A stretch of DNA of 64,000 nucleotides, taken from the NCBI GenBank assembly GCA_964356795.1, contig CAYHIK010000001.1, forward strand, positions 3,111 through 67,110, given 5' to 3'. The stretch's first letter is position 1; the number at the start of each line of letters is the position of its first letter. The notes beneath the pieces are model-generated. The model was not told the origin of the DNA. It saw nothing but the letters and a program-made list of their open reading frames with translations, and did not search any database. Positions 1-10,253 of this stretch are shown here, one piece after another. A program made the position numbers and the translations under genes. The DNA is from an uncultured Candidatus Saccharibacteria bacterium (GTDB taxonomy: Bacteria > Patescibacteriota > Minisyncoccia > 2-02-FULL-40-12 > GWA2-44-9).

Positions 1-736
1 GCGAACGCTCGAGTCGCATGTGAATCCACGCGAGCCACCAGAGCGCCTGCTCCCGCGCATTGTCGCTTCCAGCTACTTCTTTTGCGAGGAGCAACCGTTC
101 AGTGATTCCACCCGACAATGTTTTTGAAAATGCATCAATACTCGCCGCAATCTGATTGCGAACCTCAGTATTCGACATCTGAACAACCACACCAGGTCTT
201 CCATCGGAAATAGCGCGTACAAGCGCAGCGTCGGCAGGAGTGAGGGGTGTGCGACTAATGATGACGTCGAGCTCATCGGGGGCGAGTCCGTGGAATGCAA
301 TATGCATGCATCGACTCGCGATTGTGGGGAGTACCTGCGAGGGTAGCGCTGTGATAAAAAAGAACACCACAAATGCGGGTGGCTCCTCGAGCACCTTGAG
401 AATCGTGTTCGCGGCATCCGCGCTCATGAGTTCAGCGTGGTCGATGACGACAACCTTATGCGCTCCATAGAGCGGTCGCTGATACGCCCACTCTCGAACC
501 CTTCGAACATCCTCCACCGCGATAGCGGTTATTTTTTGACTCTCGTCGCTTATACCAGGCTCGAGAACGCGAATATCGGGTACACCCGCAATTGCATGCG
601 CACACTCAAGTGCAAGGAGCTTCTTTCCAATCCCATCGGGACCGTGAAGTGCGTAGGCGTGCGCAAATGCATTGTCACGAATACAACGCTCAAACTCAGC
701 CTTTTGTTCAGTGTGGCCAATGATGTTCCACTGCAT
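1..736 (-). CDS. holB: DNA polymerase III delta' subunit (clamp loader); runs off the left edge of the window
   Basis: Not in the ORF track. Hand translation from ATG at 736: MQWNIIGH...HAYALHGPDGIGKKLLA...KVVVIDHAELMSADAANTILKVLEEPP...LPTIASRC, i.e. the delta'/RFC-like motifs (AAN.LLK.LEEPP, SRC). No stop before base 1. Confidence 0.88.
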   Translation of the reverse strand, partial: MQWNIIGHTEQKAEFERCIRDNAFAHAYALHGPDGIGKKLLALECAHAIAGVPDIRVLEPGISDESQKITAIAVEDVRRVREWAYQRPLYGAHKVVVIDHAELMSADAANTILKVLEEPPAFVVFFFITALPSQVLPTIASRCMHIAFHGLAPDELDVIISRTPLTPADAALVRAISDGRPGVVVQMSNTEVRNQIAASIDAFSKTLSGGITERLLLAKEVAGSDNAREQALWWLAWIHMRLERS

Positions 737-754
737 GCCAGGACTATAGCACAC

Positions 755-1891
755 CTACCCCGCAAGTATCACCTGGGCAATAGTGTCTGCGGCATCGCTC
801 TTTGCAAATGCACGAATCTTTGTGGAGAGTTCAGCGTATGCCGTTGGCTCAACAATGCGCTCAAGTTGCGAGAGCAACACCTGGACGCTCATATTTGCAC
901 CATCCATCACCACCGCACCGAATCTGCTCATCTCCGCCGCATTCATAACCTGGTGGTCATTTGCGGAACCCGGGAGAGGTACCACAATCATGGGCTTCCC
1001 AGCGTATGCGAGCTCGGTGAGCACTCCTGCAGATGCTCGCGTAACAGCGACGTCGATAGCACCATAGACAGTAGCAAGTTGCGACTGATCGAGGAATGGG
1101 TAGACGCGATACGAGGATGCGATGAGTGGCGCATACGAATCTTTCCCCTCCACCATATATTGCTCAATTGATTTCTTTACAGTTTCGTAGTTTTTCTCGC
1201 CGGTCTGATGGATAACTTGGTATCCCTTTTGAAGAATTTGAACGAGACCGTTGAGCACTACGTCATTGAGCTGTTGCGCACCCAGTGAACCGCCGATAAC
1301 CAGAAGCGTCTTACGCGCGGGATTGAGCTTGAGAGCCTCGTGCGCCGCGCCACGCTCAACGCAACAGAGTTCGGGTCGAAATGGATTACCCGTCAGCATT
1401 GTGGTGCGCCCCGCGCGCTTAAAGAATTCATCCGCAGTCGCAAATGACGTGAAGATGAGTTTACTTCGCTTCGCGAGGATGCGATTGGCGAGCCCAGGCA
1501 CCGAGTCTGACTCGTGCAAAAAGACGGGAATCATATAAAACCTCGCGGCGAGCGTGGGGAACGCGCACGTGTACCCTCCCTTCGCAAATACTGCGTCGGG
1601 CATAAAGAAGAATACTTTTGCGAGTGACTGAACAAGTGCGAGTGGAATTTTGAATATATCAGTGATATTTCCTGCACTTGCGTATCTCCGCAACTTTGGA
1701 GCGATGATGGTGGAATACGGGATACCGTTTTCTTTTGCGGCACGTTCAAAAATCGGACCATCCCCCATCATGCGCAATTGGAGAGCGATCCCGCTCTTCT
1801 GCGCGGCAACTTGAAGTGCGTGCGCAACCGCAATGAGCGGGTACACATGCCCGCCACTCCCGCCACCAACGAGTAAGACTCGAAAAGCCAT
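755..1891 (-). CDS. murG: UDP-GlcNAc:lipid I N-acetylglucosaminyl transferase MurG
   Basis: GGGSGGHVYP, KGGY, HESDSVPGLAN, GGSLGA and HQVMNA motifs of GT28 MurG. Confidence 0.95.
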   Translation of the reverse strand: MAFRVLLVGGGSGGHVYPLIAVAHALQVAAQKSGIALQLRMMGDGPIFERAAKENGIPYSTIIAPKLRRYASAGNITDIFKIPLALVQSLAKVFFFMPDAVFAKGGYTCAFPTLAARFYMIPVFLHESDSVPGLANRILAKRSKLIFTSFATADEFFKRAGRTTMLTGNPFRPELCCVERGAAHEALKLNPARKTLLVIGGSLGAQQLNDVVLNGLVQILQKGYQVIHQTGEKNYETVKKSIEQYMVEGKDSYAPLIASSYRVYPFLDQSQLATVYGAIDVAVTRASAGVLTELAYAGKPMIVVPLPGSANDHQVMNAAEMSRFGAVVMDGANMSVQVLLSQLERIVEPTAYAELSTKIRAFAKSDAADTIAQVILAG

Positions 1892-1894
1892 GCC

Positions 1895-2200
1895 TCAAGT
1901 ATACACCACCACACCCTCTTTGAGCAGATGCTCCTTCTTTGCGCGTATGCCCAGCGCGAATCCTCCTAACGTTCCATCGGAGCGAATCACTCGATGACAC
2001 GGCACGTCAGGAGCAAATGGATTCACGTGAAGTGCGCGACCTACGGCACGGGCGGCCTTCGGATTCCCTACGCGACGCGCGACCTCTGCGTACGTCATCA
2101 CATGTCCACGCGGAATACAGGCAACGACGCGATACACGGATTGCGCAAATAAGCTCAAGCCTGGATGTTGTCGTATGCGCTGGTCAATGCTCGGCTTCAT
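1895..2200 (-). CDS. ogt: O6-methylguanine-DNA methyltransferase (C-terminal domain only)
   Basis: IPRGHVMTY..VA...GNPKAARAVG and active-site PCHRV. Confidence 0.88.
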   Translation of the reverse strand: MKPSIDQRIRQHPGLSLFAQSVYRVVACIPRGHVMTYAEVARRVGNPKAARAVGRALHVNPFAPDVPCHRVIRSDGTLGGFALGIRAKKEHLLKEGVVVYT

Positions 2201-2224
2201 ACGCGGAGCATAGCACGTACAGCG

Positions 2225-2851
2225 CTAGACCGTCGACTGACGATCAGGAAGGGGTTTCACCTGTTGGCGCCCCACGAATCCACGGAGATCGGAATAAATA
2301 CGAATTTGCATAATAGCGCCAAGCACTGCAAAGACACCGCCAATAAGAAACGCGGCTCGAAATCCATAATTCGTTACAATAATTCCTGATAATGCGGCCG
2401 CACCAGCACCGCTAATGCCGATCGCAACCGATTCAAGTGACCACTCGATATTTTCTTTCATCTTATCGATATGGCGCGTAAAGATTGCATACCACGGAGG
2501 GACCGCGAGCGCAGCTCCTACTCCAAACCATGCCTGTATCGCGTAGATGTGCCATGAGGTCGTAGCAAAAAGATATAGAAAAGGAGTCGATGCGATAACG
2601 ATACTGCCTGATACCATGCTATAAAAATCGTCGTACTCGCCGTGATTCTTGTCGAGCCAACGAGCGACGGGAATCTGGAGCGACGCCTTCACGAGTTGCG
2701 CGATAGCAACAGCAAACCCGACAACCTCGATGGTGCCGTCGGTAATTTGATTTGTTACGAATACTGCAAATACGGGCGCAAACACAGAAAGCCCAGAATT
2801 AATTAAAAAGTCGCTCGTAATGAGGACACGAATTGCATGACTGATACGCAT
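2225..2851 (-). CDS. MFS-type transporter, half size (about 6 TM)
   Basis: About 6 hydrophobic helices with an MFS motif-A-like segment (ARWLDKNHG). Start moved to 2851, 6 nt below a TATACT box. Confidence 0.7.
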   Translation of the reverse strand: MRISHAIRVLITSDFLINSGLSVFAPVFAVFVTNQITDGTIEVVGFAVAIAQLVKASLQIPVARWLDKNHGEYDDFYSMVSGSIVIASTPFLYLFATTSWHIYAIQAWFGVGAALAVPPWYAIFTRHIDKMKENIEWSLESVAIGISGAGAAALSGIIVTNYGFRAAFLIGGVFAVLGAIMQIRIYSDLRGFVGRQQVKPLPDRQSTV

Positions 2852-2865
2852 GTTATCAGTATACC

Positions 2866-2890
2866 AAAAAGAGCCGCCCTGCACGGCTCT
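2866..2890 (-). terminator. Intrinsic terminator after the S8 protease gene
   Basis: AGAGCCG/CGGCTCT stem followed by a T-run on the - strand. Confidence 0.6.
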
Positions 2891-2913
2891 TCCTGTGTAT
2901 GAACTAAGAATAT

Positions 2914-4095
2914 CTACCGATGCAATATATGTGGCATCCCCCAGCCCGTTGCAGAGTCATCACCTTTTAGGTTGATGTCGGCCGCCATTTCACGAAGCAA
3001 GAACCGCGTGGCCTCGGCGGAATTCTTTGCATCGCTCTGCCAGACAAGCGCAGCAAGACCCGCTACATGCGGGGCCGCCATCGATGAGCCAGACAAGATG
3101 GCGTAGCCACCGCCACGATATGTTGATTCAATATTGATGCCAGGCGCAGCAAACTCAACATCTCCTTCATTACGCTGATAGGCACGCGTTGAATCGTTTA
3201 ATCCGCGCGAAGAAAATTCGGCAGGGGCTTGCGCGTTATCAAGAGCACCGACCGACACGACACGCTCGCTTCGCGCAGGCCAATCCAAGCTGTCGTCATA
3301 TGGGCCGTCGTTTCCGGCGGCGGCGATGACGAGCACATCGTGCTCCATCGCGTACACCAACGCGTCATCAATGAACGAGCTCTCCGATTCACCACCAAAT
3401 CCGAGCACGATAATCTGTGCACCATCATCAACTGCGCGCATCATTGCGGCGCCGATGTCGTCGGAGTAGCAGAGGCCATCGCCGTCGCATACGCGATATG
3501 CGGAAATACTTGCCGATGGAGCAAATCCGTAAATACCTTCGCCAAACACTCCGCCGTCAGCTGCGATAATGCCTGCCATGTGCGTACCGTGACCATTTGC
3601 GTCATCGCAAGAATCTTCAACGATGGGCTTTGCACCGTCAGAGAATGAGACGCATCCTACGATTCGGCGGGCCAAGTCGGGATGCTCCCGATCAACGCCG
3701 GTATCCAGCACTGCAACCGTCACACCAGAGCCTCCCGCTGTTTCCTTTGCCTGCGGGTCGTCGAGCATCTCACGAATCCCCCATGACACGAGCTGTGAGG
3801 GTATTGCCTGGGGCGTTGGAGAACTTAATGCGATTGTCTCGGCTAGTATGTTGAACTTTTTCACAGGAATTGGTCGGAGCCCTGCAAGCCGAACAAGTTT
3901 GAGCTGTAAATCGCTCAGCGTTGCGGTAAATCCGTCCTCGAACACATGGCGAGCACCAATAGCGTTCTTCCAGAAAGAACGTGTTGTGGGTATGAAATAG
4001 CGACCGTCAGCATTGACGGAAGCAGCATGAGTCGATGGGGAGCTGGCTAAAACAAACGAAAAAACAAGGAAAATAGCCGCGAATATTGGTTTCAT
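2914..4095 (-). CDS. Secreted subtilisin-like S8 serine protease
   Basis: Signal peptide, VAVLDTG (Asp), HGTHMAG (His), AAAGN (oxyanion hole), SGSSMAAPHVAG (Ser). Confidence 0.93.
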   Translation of the reverse strand: MKPIFAAIFLVFSFVLASSPSTHAASVNADGRYFIPTTRSFWKNAIGARHVFEDGFTATLSDLQLKLVRLAGLRPIPVKKFNILAETIALSSPTPQAIPSQLVSWGIREMLDDPQAKETAGGSGVTVAVLDTGVDREHPDLARRIVGCVSFSDGAKPIVEDSCDDANGHGTHMAGIIAADGGVFGEGIYGFAPSASISAYRVCDGDGLCYSDDIGAAMMRAVDDGAQIIVLGFGGESESSFIDDALVYAMEHDVLVIAAAGNDGPYDDSLDWPARSERVVSVGALDNAQAPAEFSSRGLNDSTRAYQRNEGDVEFAAPGINIESTYRGGGYAILSGSSMAAPHVAGLAALVWQSDAKNSAEATRFLLREMAADINLKGDDSATGWGMPHILHR

Positions 4096-4140
4096 AATTG
4101 CATGGCAAGTATAGCACATTCAACCCTTGGAAACAATCAA

Positions 4141-4788
4141 TTATTCGCCCGAAATTGCGCCATCTGACACGAGCATTTTCGGCTGAATATTCAGCGTTTT
4201 TAATACCGCAAAGTCGCGTATGAGCGTCTCCTTTGTGGATGCGTTATACACAGCCACGGCGGGGTGGTACAGCGGCACGATTGTAATTGGCCCGTAGGAG
4301 GCTTTCGTCGCAATGACCGTTCCGTGAAGAGCGCTAATTGGGGCGAGTTTATCCTTGCACCCAAAATGCTCCATGAGATATGCAGCAGCATATCTCCCAA
4401 GCGGAATAAGTACCTCGGGTTGAATTAATTGAATCTGTCGATCAAGAAAGGGGCCGTATGATGCAATCTCTTCTGGAAATGGATCGCGATTCGACGGTGG
4501 TCGGTCTTTTACGATATTCGTGATATAGACCGAAGAGCGATCGATATCGATTGACGCAAAGAGTTGGTCTAAAATCTTTCCCGTCGCACCGACGAATGGG
4601 CGACCCGTTGCCGCCTCGTTCCGACCAGGAGCCTCTCCGATAAACATCGCCCGCGCACCATGATGCCCTTCGCCGATGACAGGGTGCGCGCCATTCTTGA
4701 TGCGGTCTTCGTAGAGAGGCGACGTTGTGAGCGCAAGCACTTCATCGCGAATCGCGCGAAGCTGCTCAGTGATGGGAGATGTTTGCAT
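4141..4788 (-). CDS. udg: Uracil-DNA glycosylase, family 4
   Basis: FIGEAPG..E...GRPFVG, TNIVKDRPP.NRDP and YHPA motifs. Start set at MQTSP. Confidence 0.9.
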   Translation of the reverse strand: MQTSPITEQLRAIRDEVLALTTSPLYEDRIKNGAHPVIGEGHHGARAMFIGEAPGRNEAATGRPFVGATGKILDQLFASIDIDRSSVYITNIVKDRPPSNRDPFPEEIASYGPFLDRQIQLIQPEVLIPLGRYAAAYLMEHFGCKDKLAPISALHGTVIATKASYGPITIVPLYHPAVAVYNASTKETLIRDFAVLKTLNIQPKMLVSDGAISGE

Positions 4789-6142
4789 GACGCTTATTGT
4801 ACGGAACCGATGCACGTCCTGCAATGCCAGCGATGAGCGCCCACACTCCCCACCACAATAATCTGCCCTGCTGGAGCGTCCACGTGAAATGATCAAAGAG
4901 CACGATGGCACTCATCGAAAGCGCGAGCATGATAAGCGCAAAACGAACGAGTGGCTCACCCCGCTTCCGCATACGCTCCCGAATGCAGTACGCCATCCAC
5001 GCGATGAATGCAACAACACCGATAATACCTATTTCCGAATACATCAGGAGATACACGTTGTGCGCGGGCTGATACATATACCTGGGCAGGCCTGGATTGT
5101 AGTGGAAGAGCCACATTGGGAAATTACCAATACCGACGCCGAACCAATTAATATTCAACAGCGCCCGCGACCCGCTCGCGAGGGCGTCGATATTATATTG
5201 CACCCGATATCGCACCGCCTCATCAGATGATGAAATAGAAATGCGCGCGACAATGAGCGAAGAGAGCGCGAGACAGATGATTGCGCTCGAAATCGTGAGC
5301 GCAGCAAAGAGCCGTAAAAATCGCGCGCGAATTGTACGCCACCACGAGGCGCCCCGATACGCCTGATATGCGACGTATCCGAGCGTCACCATCAAAGCCG
5401 TCACATGCATTGCAATGATGGTACGGGAAAAAGTAACTACCAGACCCAGCGTAATAATTCCCATCGTGGCAGAATAAATTCCCATCGTGAGGGGCGATTC
5501 GTCGTCGTGCCTCATCCAGAACCACGACCACACCCACAGCGCCACCATCAATACGGCTGCGAGAATATTGGGATGTGGCAGGGTACCGTATGCGCGCAAC
5601 ACCTTCACCTTCGATAAATCATAAAACACTGCGACTCCCCTCATATCTGGGTTCAGGAGCGTCTCTCCAAGCCATCGGAGACCAACGTCGTGCTGGAGAA
5701 CAAACTGAGCAATACCGAGAGACGCTTGCACGAGCGCGCCCACCACAAACGCGAGCGCTGAAGCATCAGCTCGAAATACATACCAGGCATAGTGGCGAAG
5801 ATAGAGGTACAACAGCACACCCTCGATAAGCCGAGCGATAGAGTAGAGCGCAATAGGAAGTTCTTGAGCGTATATCAATGAACCAAGGGACATAGCCAGC
5901 ACGACTCCGAGGCTCCAATCCCACGCATCGAGGCGCCCCACGAACCACGCGCGCAGTCGTATACATGCAATCGTGAACAGGGCGAGCAGTAATACATCAG
6001 ACACATACAGCGCCATGGAGTTCCATTCACTAAATTGCAGGTCGTGCGTCCAGAATATCCAACGCGTTTGCCACGTACACAAACCTAAAAAAACATACCA
6101 CACGCCCTGCTCGAGAGACGGTAGCCACGATGAAGTCTTCAT
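4766..6142 (-). CDS. O-antigen ligase-like (Wzy_C) membrane protein
   Basis: RAYGTLPHPN, TFSR, GVGIGNF and PAHNVYL..YSE.GIIG motifs; polytopic. Confidence 0.85.
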   Translation of the reverse strand: MKTSSWLPSLEQGVWYVFLGLCTWQTRWIFWTHDLQFSEWNSMALYVSDVLLLALFTIACIRLRAWFVGRLDAWDWSLGVVLAMSLGSLIYAQELPIALYSIARLIEGVLLYLYLRHYAWYVFRADASALAFVVGALVQASLGIAQFVLQHDVGLRWLGETLLNPDMRGVAVFYDLSKVKVLRAYGTLPHPNILAAVLMVALWVWSWFWMRHDDESPLTMGIYSATMGIITLGLVVTFSRTIIAMHVTALMVTLGYVAYQAYRGASWWRTIRARFLRLFAALTISSAIICLALSSLIVARISISSSDEAVRYRVQYNIDALASGSRALLNINWFGVGIGNFPMWLFHYNPGLPRYMYQPAHNVYLLMYSEIGIIGVVAFIAWMAYCIRERMRKRGEPLVRFALIMLALSMSAIVLFDHFTWTLQQGRLLWWGVWALIAGIAGRASVPYNKRHANISHH

Positions 6143-7284
6143 CGCAACATGAGTTCGAACACAACCCCCGCAAGGAATATCAACGCGAGGCACCAGACGA
6201 GAAGTGACGGGATTGGAATATTAAACTCTGGTGTCCGCAAACGATTCTTGCGCGAGCGAACATACGCAATCAACACCAGCACCGACTGAAACCCGATAGC
6301 AACCGCGCCCACCAATCCAATGACATCGATAAAATTCCGAAGACCGCTCACGAACATGAGCAATGGCGGTACGAGGGTTAACATCCACGCGTGAATCGGT
6401 CGAATACGGTAATCGCGATGAAATGTTTCAAAGAGTGCAGTACCTAATAATATGTAGGACGTTGTCATGGTCAGCAGTCCAAGACATGAGCCGAGGATGA
6501 TAACCGGCATCCCAAATGTCCCAAAAAGTCCTGCGAATGATTCGGGCGATGTGATGTCGCCACTAATACCCACAATCGTAAATGCGAAGATAAGGTACAA
6601 CACTGCAACAATCGAAACTGCCGTGATAATCGCGGGTCGCATTAAACGCTCACGACCAGAAAGCAACTCGCGCTGCAATGGAATAGCCGACATGCCTGCA
6701 AATGCAAACAGGAGCACGCCATACGGAAGATGCCAATACTCTGGCGTCCACGCAGTGATGTGATCCCACTGGATATGCGGGAATCCAATCCCGGCAATCA
6801 CTGCAATGATAGACGCATACAGTCCAACCAGCACAATCTCAAACACCGCCATCGTGCGAAGGCGTATAAACCACATCAGCGACAACATGGATGCGAAGCC
6901 GATGCTGTACCACTGGGGATTAACTGCGAGAAACTGGGAAAGCACGTTGTGGAGAAATTCTCCTGAGACAATCATGTATGCGAGGAGCGCCCCGTACATA
7001 CTGATAAGAAGCGCGCACGTCATGAGCGCGCGGCCAAGAGGACCAAGCCAAATATTGATATATCCCACGACCTGATGGGTACCGGGCGATGATAGCACCA
7101 GCTCTGCAAACACAAGATCGAATAAAATCACGATAAGGGCCAATCCGACGAGCCAGGCGGTACCAACCCAAAAACCGGCCTTTGCAAATGCGAATGGAAT
7201 TCCAAAGATTCCAACGCCAACCATCGTGCCCACGAGCACGGCAGTCGCATACACAAACTTTCCATCACGTAGGATGCCTCGCAT
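6139..7284 (-). CDS. Aromatic amino acid permease family transporter
   Basis: GTMVGVGIFGIPF N-terminal motif, PYGVLLFAFAG, about 11 TM. Confidence 0.82.
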   Translation of the reverse strand: MRGILRDGKFVYATAVLVGTMVGVGIFGIPFAFAKAGFWVGTAWLVGLALIVILFDLVFAELVLSSPGTHQVVGYINIWLGPLGRALMTCALLISMYGALLAYMIVSGEFLHNVLSQFLAVNPQWYSIGFASMLSLMWFIRLRTMAVFEIVLVGLYASIIAVIAGIGFPHIQWDHITAWTPEYWHLPYGVLLFAFAGMSAIPLQRELLSGRERLMRPAIITAVSIVAVLYLIFAFTIVGISGDITSPESFAGLFGTFGMPVIILGSCLGLLTMTTSYILLGTALFETFHRDYRIRPIHAWMLTLVPPLLMFVSGLRNFIDVIGLVGAVAIGFQSVLVLIAYVRSRKNRLRTPEFNIPIPSLLVWCLALIFLAGVVFELMLR

Positions 7285-7327
7285 TCTGCTATTGTACCCC
7301 GCGCATTCGTACAATACAAAAGAGTCG

Positions 7328-9685
7328 CTACTTCTTACGAGTTACTGAACTCTTCAGTGCGTGCTTTAGCACATCATCCATGGTAGACACGGGAATGAAG
7401 GTCAGTTTTTGCTTTGCCTCCTTTGGCATATCCACGAGATCCCGCACATTGTCGGCAGGAATAAGAATAGTAGAGATACCCGCACGTAATGCCGCAAGCG
7501 ACTTTTCCTTTAATCCTCCGATAATCGTAACCTTTCCACGAAGGGTAACCTCACCTGTCATAGCAACTTTGCGATGTACGGGAGTTTTCGTAAACAATGA
7601 AATAAGCGCGGTCGTGAGGGCGATGCCAGCTGAAGGACCATCCTTCTTAATCGCGCCCGAAGGCAAGTGAATATGGAGATCCTCCTTGCCCATATCCACC
7701 TCGATACCCTGCTTTGCCACGTATGCACGAGCATAGGAAAGCGCTGCTTGAGCTGACTCTCGCATTACATCGCCAAGTTGACCTGTGAGGATGAGTTTTC
7801 CCTTACCTGGCATGCGAGCGACTTCAATAGGAAGGAGCTCTCCTCCCACGGGTGTCCACGCGAGACCCATAGCCATACCGACTTGGTCTTTCGATTCAGC
7901 AGCATCGTGGACAACTTTTTCAGGTCCGAGCATCCGCTCAACATCACGCACAGTCATCTTCACCTTTGTGGTCGGCGTGTTCGTCTCCACGAGCTTACGT
8001 GTGACCTTACGAGCAAGCGTCCCAATGAGGCGCGCCAACTCGCGCACACCCGCTTCGCGTGTATACTCGCGAATCACCGCGAGCAACACCGAGTCAGCGA
8101 AACGAACTTGGCCCTTCTTGAATCCGTGGTCAGCGAGAGCGCGAGGGACGAGAAATCCTTTTGCGATGGAAAGTTTTTCAGATTCGGTATATCCAGGAAA
8201 ACCAATAATCTCTAAGCGATCGCGGAGTGCGGGCGGAATAGTCTCAAGTGAGTTTGCGGTTGCAACGAACAGTACATCGGAAAGATCCAGTGGCATCTCG
8301 AGGTAATGATCGGAGAACGCGTGGTTCTGCTGTGGGTCGAGCGCCTCAAGAAGTGCGGAGCTTGGATCGCCACGAAAATCCATACCAAGCTTATCGATTT
8401 CATCCAGCAAGAACACGGGGTTCTTCACCTTGGCCGTGTGAATACCCTGCACGATTCGTCCCGGCATTGCGCCGACGTACGTCCTTCGGTGTCCCCGAAT
8501 CTCTGCCTCGTCACGCATACCACCAAGCGATACACGCACAAACTTTCTGCCCAATGCACGAGCAATGCTTTGCCCAATACTCGTCTTCCCTGTTCCGGGA
8601 GGTCCATAAAAACAAAGGATGGGTCCCTTTAATTTGCCGACCTGTTTTTGAACAGCAAGGTACTCGAGAATGCGGTCCTTTACCTTTTCCAATCCTGCAT
8701 GATCTTCGTCTAGGATTTTCTTGGCGCGCTTGAGTTCGATGACATCTTTCGTTGACGTCGTCCAGGGCAATTCAACAAGCCAGTCGAGATAGGTGCGTAC
8801 ATAGGAAACCTCTGGGCTCATTGGTGGCATCTTGGTGAGCCGATTGAATTCTTTCATCGCCTTTGCGTGCACCGATTCGGGCATCTTCGCATCATCAATT
8901 TTCTGCTTGAGCACATCGAACTCCTCGCGCTCATCATCAACACCGAGCTCCTTTTCGATGCTCTTGAGTTGCTCGCGGAGGAAGAACTCTTTTTGCATGC
9001 GTCCAATTTTCTTTTTGGTTTCTCGGGCAAGATCTTTTTCCGCTTCGAGCACTTCCATTTCACGAGAAAGGTGCACGTTGAGTTGACGCAATGCGTCACC
9101 ATGATCGCGCATCTCCAAGATATCCTGCTGTTGGCGGACGTCGAGATTTAAATTTGCCGCCACCAAGCCAATCACCTGCTCGGTGTCGCGGAGCTGTGTC
9201 ATAAGATATACCACCTCCGGCAAAATCGCGGGGAATGAACGTACATCGGCAATGTGTTTGAATTGTTCTAAGACACGACGAAGAAGCGCCGCATTCTCCG
9301 CGCTATCCATACGATCATTTGCAATAATCGCCTCCGCCTGTACCTGGATGTAGGGCACAAATCCGAGGTATTTTGTAATGCGGGCGCGACTCACGCCTTC
9401 GACATCAACCTTGGCACCACCGTCAGGTAAGCGAAATACTGAGATGATCTTGCCCACGGTGCCGACTGAAAAGAGGTCATCTTCACCAATTTCATCCTCT
9501 ATGTTCTTTTGCGTCACAAAAAGCACCATGCGGTCGCCCGCAAGGGCTGCCTCCATAGCGGCAATCGATTTTGATCGTTGCACAATCAATGGAATCACCA
9601 CTTTTGAGAACAACACCGTGTTCTTAAGGGCGATAAGGGGAAGCTGTTCGGATGAGGAATGTTGTGTTGGTTGTGGTTCGTTCAT
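7328..9685 (-). CDS. lon: ATP-dependent Lon protease
   Basis: LON N-domain, Walker A GPPGTGKT, RRTYVGAMPG, LLDEIDK, catalytic KDGPSAG and GGLKEK. Confidence 0.98.
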   Translation of the reverse strand: MNEPQPTQHSSSEQLPLIALKNTVLFSKVVIPLIVQRSKSIAAMEAALAGDRMVLFVTQKNIEDEIGEDDLFSVGTVGKIISVFRLPDGGAKVDVEGVSRARITKYLGFVPYIQVQAEAIIANDRMDSAENAALLRRVLEQFKHIADVRSFPAILPEVVYLMTQLRDTEQVIGLVAANLNLDVRQQQDILEMRDHGDALRQLNVHLSREMEVLEAEKDLARETKKKIGRMQKEFFLREQLKSIEKELGVDDEREEFDVLKQKIDDAKMPESVHAKAMKEFNRLTKMPPMSPEVSYVRTYLDWLVELPWTTSTKDVIELKRAKKILDEDHAGLEKVKDRILEYLAVQKQVGKLKGPILCFYGPPGTGKTSIGQSIARALGRKFVRVSLGGMRDEAEIRGHRRTYVGAMPGRIVQGIHTAKVKNPVFLLDEIDKLGMDFRGDPSSALLEALDPQQNHAFSDHYLEMPLDLSDVLFVATANSLETIPPALRDRLEIIGFPGYTESEKLSIAKGFLVPRALADHGFKKGQVRFADSVLLAVIREYTREAGVRELARLIGTLARKVTRKLVETNTPTTKVKMTVRDVERMLGPEKVVHDAAESKDQVGMAMGLAWTPVGGELLPIEVARMPGKGKLILTGQLGDVMRESAQAALSYARAYVAKQGIEVDMGKEDLHIHLPSGAIKKDGPSAGIALTTALISLFTKTPVHRKVAMTGEVTLRGKVTIIGGLKEKSLAALRAGISTILIPADNVRDLVDMPKEAKQKLTFIPVSTMDDVLKHALKSSVTRKK

Positions 9686-9751
9686 ACAAATAAGGTGACG
9701 TTCTAGCGTGTCACTATACCATATTTCTCATATTTTGCAATGATTTCATCT

Positions 9752-9784
9752 AAAAAAGCCCTGTGCGTTATTCACGCACAGGGC
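9752..9784 (-). terminator. Perfect 11-bp hairpin with T-run downstream of the putative DGR target gene
   Basis: GCCCTGTGCGT-GAATA-ACGCACAGGGC-TTTTTT on the - strand. Confidence 0.75.
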
Positions 9785-9806
9785 ACCAGAGATGGAGTCG
9801 AGGAAC

Positions 9807-10253
9807 CTAACTTGCACGCGCCAGGGCGGGGTCGTTGGGACCGAAGTCGTAGCCCAGCCAGCCGTAGTTCGCGCGCCACCTGCCGCCGCTCCAGTACAGA
9901 CACCGGACGCACGGGTCGCCATCGGAATCGCGGTAGATGGTGCCCCAGAAGAACACCGCCTTGCCCTTCCAGTCATCGGGGACGAGCTTGGGATGAGCCA
10001 GCAGGTAGTCTAGAGCGTTAGCGGGGAGGATGGGCTGGGACTTGAGCTCACGACGGAGGTTGTTGCCCACGACGAGCCTACTGCCCCGCTGCTTCTTGGA
10101 CAGGCGGAGCTTCACCCTGGTGGGGTCCCAGGTGAAGATGCCCTTCACTCGATTGGGGAGCTGGTCCTCTTCGTGATAGCTCCAGCCGTTGGGAATGAAG
10201 GGAAGGGCGTCGCAGTCAATGGCGTACCCACCATCGAACATCAAATCGCTCAT
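9807..10253 (-). CDS. Hypothetical protein resembling CPR DGR target (variable) proteins
   Basis: SD AAGGAG 6 nt before ATG 10253; promoter TTGTAC-17-CATAAT. C-terminus FFWGTIYRDSDGDPCVRCLYWSGGRWRANYGWLGYDFGPNDPALARAS is rich in NNC/NNT codons. Confidence 0.7.
   Translation of the reverse strand: MSDLMFDGGYAIDCDALPFIPNGWSYHEEDQLPNRVKGIFTWDPTRVKLRLSKKQRGSRLVVGNNLRRELKSQPILPANALDYLLAHPKLVPDDWKGKAVFFWGTIYRDSDGDPCVRCLYWSGGRWRANYGWLGYDFGPNDPALARAS

Noticed and set aside
73-1171. ORFs 73-417(-), 240-470(+), 437-1171(+), 550-765(-)
   Set aside because: Shadows of holB (an edge-truncated frame missing from the ORF track) and murG.
9686-9745. Small inverted repeat GTGAC...GTCAC upstream of lon as a CIRCE/heat-shock operator
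   Set aside because: Only 5 bp and does not match TTAGCACTC-N9-GAGTGCTAA.
9807-10253. Complete DGR locus
   Set aside because: No reverse transcriptase, Avd or AAC-rich template repeat was seen in the window; only a candidate target is reported.
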